DNA from: an uncultured delta proteobacterium
GTDB lineage: Bacteria; Myxococcota_A; Polyangia; Haliangiales; Haliangiaceae
Length of the DNA stretch: 64,000 nucleotides
Assembly (NCBI GenBank): GCA_963743525.1
Contig: CAVUQH010000004.1
Span: forward strand, 64,001 to 128,000
Reading direction: 5' to 3'
In this document: one piece after another, positions 55,649-64,000 of the stretch
Numbering within the stretch: the first letter of the stretch is position 1
How the letters are laid out: every line of letters begins with the position of its first letter
Notes under the pieces: generated by a model
Told to the model about the DNA's origin: nothing
What the model saw: only the letters and a program-made list of their open reading frames with translations
Database searches by the model: none
Position numbers and translations under genes: made by a program

Positions 55649-56890
55649 TCAGCGGCCGTGGTGCTCGCGCACGAGGGTCTCGGGCACGAAGCGATAGACG
55701 ACCAACGCCGCCAGCAGGGACAGGCCACCGCCGAGAACGAACGGCGCGGCCAGTCCCATGCTCGCCGCCATCAGCCCCGAGATCAGCGGACCGACGGCGA
55801 CGCCCAGGGTGAAGCCGGTGGTGACGATGGCGAGCTGCCGCGCCTCGCTGCCCCGGCGCGACAGATCGCCGGCGAGGGCGAAGACGGGGGCGGCGATCGC
55901 GCCCGACGCCACGCCTTGCACCAGGCGCAGGCCGGTGAGCTGCGCGGTGGTCGCGACCCAGCCGATGAGCACGGTCGCGGGTGCCAGCAGCAGCAGCCCG
56001 CCGATCACCAGCGGCTTGCGGCCGATGCGATCGGACAACCAGCCGAGCGGCACCTGGGTGAGCAGCCGGCTGCCGGTCAGCGCACTGAAGGCGATGCTGA
56101 AGCCGATAGCGGTCTGCTGGAGCCGGGCGTTGAACTGCTTCTCCAGGGTGCTGATCATCGCGATCTGCACCGCCATGGCGAAGGTTGCGGCGCCGGCGCC
56201 GAGGATTCCCGCGCTGACGATGCGGTGGCGGGGCTGCGCCGTCTGTTCGGCGTCGGCCGGCGGCACCGGCCGCGGCTGCTCCTTCACCCATATGCGCACG
56301 ATCACCAGCGCGACCACGATGCACGCCGAGCCGGCGTAGAACGCCGCCTCGAAGCCGACGTAGACCTGCAGCACGCCGCCGAGGAGCGGACCGACCGCCA
56401 TCCCGGCCATGCGCATGGTCGTATAGATGCCCATCGACCCGCCGCGCGTCTGCTTCTTGCTGGCCATCGTCATCAGCGACAGCGCCGTGGGAATGGTCAG
56501 CGCGATGGCGATGCCCTGCAGCGCACGGAGTACCGCCAGGCCGGCGAAGGTGTGCGTCCACGCGAACGCCAGGGTTGACGCGGCCATGGCCACCAGGCCG
56601 AGCTCGATGAGCGGCCTGCGACGCGTCATCCGGTCGCTCCAGCCGCCGACGATCGGCTGCGCGATCGACGAGACCAGGCCGAACAGCGCCAGCAATGCGC
56701 CGACGCGAACCTCCTCGGAGAACGGGAACCACGCCGGCTGCGCCGTCTTCGCGATGTACAGCGGCAGCAGCACCAGCAGGATGCCGTTGCCGACCGCGTC
56801 GCCGAAGCGCGCGATCGACAGCGCGACCACCAATCGGCTCGCGCCGATCTTTTCGCCAAAGTCGCGAAGGGCGGCCACGTATCGATTCAC
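55649..56890 (-). CDS. MFS transporter
   Basis: About 12 hydrophobic helices; GGWSDRMTRRR and GWLSDRIGRK motif-A loops. Start uncertain (56890 or 56935). Confidence 0.9.
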   Translation of the reverse strand: MNRYVAALRDFGEKIGASRLVVALSIARFGDAVGNGILLVLLPLYIAKTAQPAWFPFSEEVRVGALLALFGLVSSIAQPIVGGWSDRMTRRRPLIELGLVAMAASTLAFAWTHTFAGLAVLRALQGIAIALTIPTALSLMTMASKKQTRGGSMGIYTTMRMAGMAVGPLLGGVLQVYVGFEAAFYAGSACIVVALVIVRIWVKEQPRPVPPADAEQTAQPRHRIVSAGILGAGAATFAMAVQIAMISTLEKQFNARLQQTAIGFSIAFSALTGSRLLTQVPLGWLSDRIGRKPLVIGGLLLLAPATVLIGWVATTAQLTGLRLVQGVASGAIAAPVFALAGDLSRRGSEARQLAIVTTGFTLGVAVGPLISGLMAASMGLAAPFVLGGGLSLLAALVVYRFVPETLVREHHGR

Positions 56891-57080
56891 CTGCGACCCG
56901 GGTTGCCAGAGACGTACCGACCCGAGGCGGCGCATTGTCGCACATTGCCGCGCTGCGACCGCACGAGCTACTACGTCGCGCCGCGCGACGGCAGCGAAAG
57001 AAGCGCTAGCGGTGAGGCGAGCTGCCCCGCCCGCGGCGAAATGCCGCGCCTACCGGAACCCGTTGACCGTGCCGGTCGTC

Positions 57081-57308
57081 TCAGACGACCAGGAACGGCA
57101 GGACGACGATCCAGAACAGCCAGAAACCGACGGTGACCAGGCCGAGTGCGGCCATCCCGCGATGCCACGGCTTGGGCTCGCCGTGGAAGAACAACCGGGT
57201 CCACTGCTGCGGGCGTTTCGTCCGCCTGGGAATCCGATCGACCTCGGGACGCGACTCCACCTGAACCCACCGACCAGTTGCGCCGGGATGAACATGTGTA
57301 GCGGCCAT
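57081..57308 (-). CDS. Small membrane protein (75 aa)
   Basis: MAATHVHPG...GMAALGLVTVGFWLFWIVVLPFLVV; sigma54-like motif directly upstream. Confidence 0.6.
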   Translation of the reverse strand: MAATHVHPGATGRWVQVESRPEVDRIPRRTKRPQQWTRLFFHGEPKPWHRGMAALGLVTVGFWLFWIVVLPFLVV

Positions 57309-57320
57309 GTCCTCATGGAG

Positions 57321-57336
57321 TGCATAGCTCGTGCCG
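57321..57336 (-). promoter_or_regulatory. Sigma54 promoter candidate
   Basis: Minus-strand CGGCACGAGCTATGCA (GG-N10-GC), 12 nt before ATG 57308. Confidence 0.6.
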
Positions 57337-57476
57337 CGAACCGGGCCGCGCAGGAGCTCGTCGGCGACCGGTGCGTGCGTGATCGTGCGTGTCGCGAATG
57401 CCGCACCTGCAGCCATTGCGCACACCGGCGTGGCGCAGCGCGTCGAAGCGCGGGGCATCGTGCACCGGGAAATCCC

Positions 57477-60400
57477 TTGGAGCTGCGTTACAATCACTGG
57501 ATCGGCGAACCCGGAGTCACATTTGCCGGCACGGATCGCTACCGCCTGCTCGGCGAGGTCGGCAGTGGCGCGATGGGCGTGGTCTACGCGGCCCGCGACG
57601 AAGAGCGCGGCGAGACGGTGGCGCTCAAGGTGCTGCGCCGCCTGGACGGACTGGCGATCTACCGCTTCAAGCACGAGTTCCGCGCGCTCGCCGACGTCGT
57701 GCATCCCAACCTGGTCTCGCTCTACGAGCTGCAGTTGACGAGGGACCACTGGTTCTTCACCATGGAGCTGATCGACGGCGCCGACTTTCTGACCTACGTG
57801 CGCACCGGCGAGACGGCGCGCAAGAACCTCGGCCGCCGCGTTGCCGAGCTGCCGACGCCGACGGTGACCATGGCCGGCACGCTCGATACCATGGCGATTC
57901 CCACCGACACCTTCGGCTCGACCGGCATCCATCGCAGCGCGGGCGGCCGGCGCGCGCCCGTCGCTCCGCTCGCCGACGCAGAGCAGTTCCAGCGCCTGCG
58001 CCACGTGCTGTCCCAGCTGGGCGCCGGCATCCAGGCGTTGCACGGGGTCGGCACCCTGCACCGCGACATCAAGCCGTCCAACGTACTGGTTGACGGCAGC
58101 GGGCACCTGCGGCTGCTCGACTTCGGCGTCGTTACCGAGCTCGCCGGCCGCACCTCGATGGACGGCGACGCGCGGCTGATTGGGACGCCGGCCTACATGG
58201 CACCGGAGCTGGGCACCGATCACCCGCTCACCGAGGCCAGCGACTGGTATGCCGTTGGCGTCATGCTGTACCAGGCGCTCACCGGCCGGCGCCCCTTCAC
58301 CGGGTCGGTGCAGGAGATCCTGCAGCGCAAGCGCAGCGAAGATCCGCCGGCACCGAACGCCATCGCCGACGCGGTGCCCGCCGATCTCAATGCGCTGTGC
58401 GTCGAGCTGCTCGCGCGCGACCCGGCTCGGCGTCCCTCCGGTCGCCAGCTGGCCAACCGCCTCGGCATGACCCGAGAAACCGCCGTGGTCGTGCCGGCGA
58501 CGCGCGCGGGCAAGCTACTGGTCGGTCGCCAGCGCCACCTCGACGAGCTGCGCAAGGGTCTGGCGCGTGCGACGGCGGGCGCCCCGGTGGCCATGTTCGT
58601 CCACGGCCCGTCGGGCATGGGCAAGAGCGCGCTGGTCGACCAGTTCTGTACCGAAGCAGTATCGACCGCCGGCGCGGCGGTACTGTCGGGACGCTGCTAC
58701 GAGCGCGAGTCGGTGCCGTACAAGGCGCTCGACGATCTGATGGACGACCTCGCCGACACCCTGCTCGACATGTCGCACGAAGAGGCGGCGGCGCTGGTGC
58801 CGCGCGACTTCCTGGTCCTGGCCCGCGCCTTTCCGGTCCTCCGCCGGCTGTCGGCTCTGGACCCGGGAGCCAACGTCGAGCTGCGCGACCCGCACGAACA
58901 GCGCCGCGTCGCCGTGCGCGCGTTTCGCGAGCTGCTGCGCCGGCTGGCCCGGCGCGCACCGCTCATCCTCCACATCGACGATCTGCAGTGGGGTGACAGC
59001 GACAGCGCCGCGCTGCTGGCCGACGTGCTGCGGCAGCCCAATGCCCCGCCGGTGATGTTCATCGCCAGCTACCGCTCGGATGAAGCAGAGACCGGCGGCT
59101 TCGTCGCGCGCCTGGCCGAGGCCCTCGACGAACACACCGAGGTGGAGGTCGAGCGCCTGCCTCCGGCCGACGCGCGCAGCCTGGCGCGCACGCTGCTCGA
59201 CGGCGCCGGGCTCGACGACCAGCACGCCGACGCCATCGCCCACGAAGCTCGCGGCAACCCGTTCTTCGTCGCCGAGCTGGTGCAGTACGTGGCCGAGTCG
59301 GTGGCGCGCAACCAGGACGGCCTGGCGCTGTCGTTGGAGGAGGTCATCGCCGCGCGCCTGGCCAAGCTGCCGGACGACGCGCGCGCGTTGCTCGACGTCC
59401 TCGCCGTCGCCGGCCGGCCAATCGCCCAGGTGGTCGCCCTGCGCGCGGCCGGTATCCGCGGCAAGGAGCAGCACGCGGTCAGCCTGCTCCGCCTGGCCAA
59501 CCTGGCGCGCACCCGCGGCGTCCGCGCCCTCGACGCGATCGAGACCTATCACGACCGGATCCGCGAGACCACCTACTCGATGCTGGGCGAGAAGACGCGG
59601 CGCGAGCTGCACCTGTCGGTAGCGCGGGCGATGCAGGCGACCGACATCGGCGACGCCGAGGGGCTGGGTGCCCACTTCGAGCTGGGCGGGAGACCTGCGC
59701 TGGCCGGCCCGTACTACGTCGCCGCCGCCGAGGCCGCCGCCCAGCAGCTGGCCTTCGACCGTACCGGCGCCCTCTACGTGCACGCCGTCGAGCTACTCCA
59801 GCCCGAGCCGGCCGAGCGCTCCGATCTGTTCGCCCGAGCTGCCGACGCCTACGCCAACGCCGGCAAGGGACGAGAAGCAGCGTGGGCCTACGAGCATGCC
59901 GCGGAAGGGGCGGCGACGGCGCTGGCGCTGCGCTACCGCGGCCGCGCGTGCGAGGAGCTCCTGCGCAGTGGTCACGTGAGCGAGGGCCAGGCCGCGATGC
60001 GGGAGGTGCTGGGCGAGGTCGGCATCAAGCTGCCGAGGTCGCAGCGAGGCGCGCTGCTGCGCATCGGGCTGCTTCGCGCGCGCATTCGCCTGCGCGGCCT
60101 CGGCTACCGCGAGCGTGATGAAACGCAGATCACCCTAGAGCAGCTGACCCGGATCGACGTCTGCTGGGCCGCCGGCCTGGCCCTGGGCATGAGCGACCAC
60201 ATGCTCGGCACCATGCTCCAGGCGCACCACCTGCTCGGCGCCCTGCGCACCGGCGCACGCGACCACGTCACCCGCGCCCTCGCGATGGAGAGTGTGTTCT
60301 CGTCACTCGGCGGCATCAAGAGCCGCCGCCGCACCTCGCGCATCTCCGAGCACACGCTCGAGCTGGCGGCCAAGCTGGGCGATCCGCTGACGCTGGTATG

Positions 60401-61295
60401 GGCCAACGGGTCGGCGGCCTTCGCCAGGTACCAGATTGGCGACTGGACGGCCGCGCGCGACTACGCCGAGCAGTCTCTCCAGCACGCCCGCGGCAAGCCC
60501 GGCATGTGGTGGGAGCGCTGCTCCGTGAGTCTCTACCGGGTGTGGACGCTCTACTGGCTGGGCAAGTTCGCCGCCATGACCGAATCGGTTCCCGAGCTCC
60601 TTCGCGATGCCGCCACCCGCGGCGATCTCTATTCGTACACCAACTTCTGCAACGGCTTCCCCGCGATCTCGTGGCTGGTGCGCGACACCCCCGAGACCTG
60701 GCTGCCGATCGCCGAAGAGGCGATGAGCCGATGGTCGCGCGACGCCTATCACCTGCAGCACTACTGGCACATGATGGCGCGCTGCCAGTACCTCCTCTAC
60801 CGCGGCGAACCTGGTCCCGCGCTGCAGCTCATCGACGAGGAGTGGCCGATGGTGAAGCGTGCGCGGCTGCTCGACGTGCAGATGGTCACCATCGAGGCCA
60901 GGTTCCTGCGCGGTCGCTGCGCGCTGGCGGTGGCCGCCACCGACACGGACGACCGCGAGTCGCTGCTCACCCGCGTCCGGCGCGACGCACGCTCCCTGCG
61001 CCGCACTCGCGCCGTTCACGCGCGCGCGCTGGCGACCATGCTGACGGCGGGAATCGCCAACGTGCGCGGCGACCTGGATCAGGCGAAGGCCGACCTCCAG
61101 CAGGCCGAGCAAGGCTGCACCGACGTGGCGATGGCGACCAACGCCGCCATCTGCCGGCGGCAGCTCGGTCGCCTCATCGGTGGCGACGAGGGCGCGGCGC
61201 TCACCGCCCGCGCCGAGGCACAGCTGAAGGCCGAGGCCATCGTCAACCTGCCGCGCTTCGCCCAGCTGTTCCTGCCCGGGTTCGACGGCGACTGA
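57477..61295 (+). CDS. Ser/Thr kinase - AAA (STAND-like) ATPase - TPR protein (third paralog)
   Basis: VGSGAMGVV, HRDIKPSN, DFG, YMAPE; LVGR; HGPSGMGKS; HIDDLQW; GNPFF; HDRIRE. Start uncertain; the nearest in-frame start is TTG 57477. Confidence 0.9.
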   Translation: MELRYNHWIGEPGVTFAGTDRYRLLGEVGSGAMGVVYAARDEERGETVALKVLRRLDGLAIYRFKHEFRALADVVHPNLVSLYELQLTRDHWFFTMELIDGADFLTYVRTGETARKNLGRRVAELPTPTVTMAGTLDTMAIPTDTFGSTGIHRSAGGRRAPVAPLADAEQFQRLRHVLSQLGAGIQALHGVGTLHRDIKPSNVLVDGSGHLRLLDFGVVTELAGRTSMDGDARLIGTPAYMAPELGTDHPLTEASDWYAVGVMLYQALTGRRPFTGSVQEILQRKRSEDPPAPNAIADAVPADLNALCVELLARDPARRPSGRQLANRLGMTRETAVVVPATRAGKLLVGRQRHLDELRKGLARATAGAPVAMFVHGPSGMGKSALVDQFCTEAVSTAGAAVLSGRCYERESVPYKALDDLMDDLADTLLDMSHEEAAALVPRDFLVLARAFPVLRRLSALDPGANVELRDPHEQRRVAVRAFRELLRRLARRAPLILHIDDLQWGDSDSAALLADVLRQPNAPPVMFIASYRSDEAETGGFVARLAEALDEHTEVEVERLPPADARSLARTLLDGAGLDDQHADAIAHEARGNPFFVAELVQYVAESVARNQDGLALSLEEVIAARLAKLPDDARALLDVLAVAGRPIAQVVALRAAGIRGKEQHAVSLLRLANLARTRGVRALDAIETYHDRIRETTYSMLGEKTRRELHLSVARAMQATDIGDAEGLGAHFELGGRPALAGPYYVAAAEAAAQQLAFDRTGALYVHAVELLQPEPAERSDLFARAADAYANAGKGREAAWAYEHAAEGAATALALRYRGRACEELLRSGHVSEGQAAMREVLGEVGIKLPRSQRGALLRIGLLRARIRLRGLGYRERDETQITLEQLTRIDVCWAAGLALGMSDHMLGTMLQAHHLLGALRTGARDHVTRALAMESVFSSLGGIKSRRRTSRISEHTLELAAKLGDPLTLVWANGSAAFARYQIGDWTAARDYAEQSLQHARGKPGMWWERCSVSLYRVWTLYWLGKFAAMTESVPELLRDAATRGDLYSYTNFCNGFPAISWLVRDTPETWLPIAEEAMSRWSRDAYHLQHYWHMMARCQYLLYRGEPGPALQLIDEEWPMVKRARLLDVQMVTIEARFLRGRCALAVAATDTDDRESLLTRVRRDARSLRRTRAVHARALATMLTAGIANVRGDLDQAKADLQQAEQGCTDVAMATNAAICRRQLGRLIGGDEGAALTARAEAQLKAEAIVNLPRFAQLFLPGFDGD

Positions 61296-61376
61296 CGGCG
61301 ACCTCCGCGGAATGCTTCGCATTCCCGCCGAGGGTTTGCCCCACCTGTCGGCGGGAGGCTGCTAGTATCCGCGGTC

Positions 61377-62768
61377 GTGGGCACGGAGCAAACGTTCACG
61401 CCCGGCACGGTTCTGCTCGGCAAGTACCGGATCGATCGGCAGCTGGGTCAGGGTGGTATGGCGGTCGTCGCACAAGCGACGCATCTGCAGCTCCAGGAAC
61501 GGGTCGCCATCAAGTGCCTGCTGCCGGAGATCGTCGGCAACCGCGAGGTCGTGCAGCGTTTCCTGCGCGAGGCGCAGGCCGCGGTCAAGCTCAAGGGCGA
61601 GCACGTCGCGCGGATGATCGACGTCGGCACGCTCGAGACCGGCGAGCCTTACATCGTCATGGAGTACCTCGAGGGCGCCGACCTGTCGCAGGTGCTCACC
61701 GATCGAGGGCGGTTGCCGCCGGCCGAGGCGGTCAACTTCCTGCTGCAGGCGTGCGAAGCGATGGCCGAAGCCCACGCCATGGGCATCGTCCACCGCGACA
61801 TCAAGCCGGCGAACTTCTACATCACCCGGCGCCCCGACGGCACGCCGTTGCTCAAGGTGCTCGACTTCGGCATCTCCAAGGCACCGGTCGAGATCGACCA
61901 GGGCCTGACCCGCACCAACTCGGTGATGGGGACGCCGGCGTACATGTCGCCCGAGCAGATGCGATCGGCCCGCGACGTCGATGGTCGAACCGACATCTGG
62001 GCGCTGGGAGTGGTGCTGCACGAGACCCTCAGTGGCGTCCGCCCGTGGCCGGCCGAGACCTTCAGCGAGCTGTGCATGAAGGTGGCGACCGATCCGCCCG
62101 ATCCGCTGCCGCCTGACGTGCCGGACGGGCTGCGCAGGGCGGTGGAGCGTTGCCTGATCAAGCAACCGGAGGGCCGCTTCGCCAACTGCGCCGACCTGGC
62201 GATTGCCCTGGCGCCGTTCGCCAGCAACCCGCACCGCGCGCAGATGAGCGTCGAACGGATCGCGCGCATGCTCGGGGTCGCGCCCCGCGCTGCCATGCCC
62301 ATGCCGGCCACGGTGATGGCGCCAGCCGGCAACCCGACCACGCTGTCGAGCGGAACCGGGCAGGCGATCACCGCGCCACCGGCGATGCCGTCGCGACGCG
62401 GACCGGGCCTGATCATCGGCGCCGTGATCGCCGCCGCCGCCGCCGTGGCGCTGGTGATCGTCTTCACCCGCGGTGGCGGTCACACCGGGCAACCGGCCGC
62501 GGGCCCGGTGCCCGCAGATGCGGCGCCAAAAATCGCGACGCCCGCGCCGCCAGTCGCGCCCGCGGCAGAGACGATCGACGCCGCAGCCCCGCCGTCGGTG
62601 GCCGCTACCCCGCCCGACGCGGGCCCGACGGCCACCCCCGCGAAGCCCGCTGTCGCCACCCACAAGCATCACTCTCACCGAACCAAGAAGCCGCTGAAGA
62701 AGCCGGAGAGGCCGCCGTACATCGACCAGCCGCCGTCCGACGACGATATCCTCGGCAGCCGCCACTGA
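61377..62768 (+). CDS. Membrane Ser/Thr protein kinase
   Basis: LGQGGMAVV, VAIKCL, HRDIKPAN, DFG, GTPAYMSPE; TM helix and Pro/Ala tail. Confidence 0.93.
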   Translation: MGTEQTFTPGTVLLGKYRIDRQLGQGGMAVVAQATHLQLQERVAIKCLLPEIVGNREVVQRFLREAQAAVKLKGEHVARMIDVGTLETGEPYIVMEYLEGADLSQVLTDRGRLPPAEAVNFLLQACEAMAEAHAMGIVHRDIKPANFYITRRPDGTPLLKVLDFGISKAPVEIDQGLTRTNSVMGTPAYMSPEQMRSARDVDGRTDIWALGVVLHETLSGVRPWPAETFSELCMKVATDPPDPLPPDVPDGLRRAVERCLIKQPEGRFANCADLAIALAPFASNPHRAQMSVERIARMLGVAPRAAMPMPATVMAPAGNPTTLSSGTGQAITAPPAMPSRRGPGLIIGAVIAAAAAVALVIVFTRGGGHTGQPAAGPVPADAAPKIATPAPPVAPAAETIDAAAPPSVAATPPDAGPTATPAKPAVATHKHHSHRTKKPLKKPERPPYIDQPPSDDDILGSRH

Positions 62769-62786
62769 CGGGCAGGAGACGCGGAC

Positions 62787-63827
62787 GTGAAGCTCGACAG
62801 ACCCATTCTCGCCACCATCTCGGTGGCGGTGCTCGCCGCCGTTCTGAGTGCCGCACCGAAGCCCGCGGCCGCGCAGAACAAGGCCGCCGCCGAGGCGCTG
62901 TTCAACGACGCGCGCGAGCTGATGAAAGCCGGCGACTACGCCGCTGCCTGCCCCAAGTTCGAGGCCAGCCAGCGGATGGACCCGGCGCTCGGCACCCTGC
63001 TCAACCTGGCCACCTGCTACGAGAAGCTCGGCCGCGTCGCCAGCGCCTGGGCGCGCTTTGCCGAAGCCGCGGACCTGGCCAAGCGCGCGGGCGAGAGCAA
63101 GCGCCGCGCGTACGCGCGCAAGCAGGTGAAGGCGCTCGAGCCGCGGCTGCCCCACGTGCGCATCGTAGTCAGCACACCGGTCGACGGACTGGTGGTCCAG
63201 CGCGACGGCGAGACCGTCAACAGCGCCGCGTTCGACACGCCGCTGCCGGTCGACCCGGGCAAGGTGGTCGTGACCGCGCGCGCTCCCGGCTACAAGGAGC
63301 TCTCACTCGAGGTCACCGCCAGCGAGGGCAAGGAGACCCGCGCCGAAATCCCCGCGCTGGACAAGCTTCCCGCGCCGGCGACGCCGCCGGCCACCGACGT
63401 GACCGCCCCCGAAGGCCCCACGACCACCCCGGAGAACCCGGCGCCCATGCCCCGCGACCGCGGTGCTGCCCGACCCGGACACACCCAGCGGATCATCGGC
63501 CTGAGCGTGGGCGTCGGCGGGGTCGTCGCCCTCGGCGCCGGGGTCGCCTTCGGCCTGTCGGCACGGTCGAAGTGGAACCAGGCGTTCGACCAGGGCGACT
63601 GCGACAAGGACACCAACATCTGCAACGCCGACGGCCAGGCGCTCACCAACGCCGCGCGCAGCCGGGCCAACATCGCCACGATCGTGAGCATCGCCGGCGG
63701 CGCAGCGCTGGTCGCGGGCACGGTTGTCTATCTCCTGGCGCCCAGCAGTCATGACGATGGCAGCGTCAGTCTGCTGCCGGTCGCCGGACGCTCCAGCTGG
63801 GGCGTGGTCCTGGAGGGTCAGTTCTAA
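62787..63827 (+). CDS. Secreted TPR + PEGA-like protein
   Basis: Signal peptide; AEALFNDARELM..ACPKFEASQRMDP..GTLLNLATCYEKLG; PVDPG..ARAPGY; hydrophobic C-terminal hairpin ending GQF. Confidence 0.85.
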   Translation: MKLDRPILATISVAVLAAVLSAAPKPAAAQNKAAAEALFNDARELMKAGDYAAACPKFEASQRMDPALGTLLNLATCYEKLGRVASAWARFAEAADLAKRAGESKRRAYARKQVKALEPRLPHVRIVVSTPVDGLVVQRDGETVNSAAFDTPLPVDPGKVVVTARAPGYKELSLEVTASEGKETRAEIPALDKLPAPATPPATDVTAPEGPTTTPENPAPMPRDRGAARPGHTQRIIGLSVGVGGVVALGAGVAFGLSARSKWNQAFDQGDCDKDTNICNADGQALTNAARSRANIATIVSIAGGAALVAGTVVYLLAPSSHDDGSVSLLPVAGRSSWGVVLEGQF

Positions 63828-64000
63828 TGCGCGCCACGACCGTCGCACTATTGGCGCTGGTTGCGACCAACGCGGGCTGCAATCGGATTCTCGGAATCGG
63901 GGACACCACCCTGGCGAACGACGACGCCGGCGGGATATCCGACGGCGGCGCCGACGCCATGCCCGACGCGATGGACCCGACCCTGATCACCGGCCGAGTC
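63827..64000 (+). CDS. Lipoprotein, 3'-partial
   Basis: TAATG overlap; MRATTVALLALVATNAGCNRILGI lipobox; runs off the window end. Confidence 0.7.
   Translation, partial: MRATTVALLALVATNAGCNRILGIGDTTLANDDAGGISDGGADAMPDAMDPTLITGRV

Noticed and set aside
56427..57476. Apparent 350-aa N-terminal extension making a 1622-aa kinase
   Set aside because: Overlaps the antisense MFS and small membrane genes; the two paralogs start right before the kinase domain.

Overview
High-GC (roughly 70% by eye), gene-dense bacterial DNA with myxobacterial hallmarks: MYXO-CTERM-like sorting tails, a Myxococcus Cys-rich repeat, PEGA/TPR proteins and nine Hanks-type Ser/Thr kinases in 64 kb. A Haliangium/Kofleria/Polyangium-like origin is an inference. 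I see no rRNA, tRNA, CRISPR array, transposase or prophage gene. Main points: (1) A compact cyclic-nucleotide cassette at 9.6-19.5 kb contains a kinase-cNMP, a cNMP-GGDEF, FecR, a large OmpA polyprotein with a fivefold amplified module, a CHASE2 cyclase with Cya2-type guanylate-cyclase residues, and a convergent MBL hydrolase. It reads as a possible complete cGMP circuit. (2) A J-domain + PilZ + Hsp70-ATPase fusion lacks the substrate-binding domain. (3) There are three kinase-STAND-TPR paralogs. (4) Many genes show promoter-to-start spacing typical of leaderless transcripts, for both sigma70-type and sigma54-type promoters. (5) Candidate operators are visible for the TetR and for two winged-helix regulators. 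(6) Three genes are each broken by one duplicated base, most likely from long-read consensus errors. All product calls come from motif reading, not database searches.
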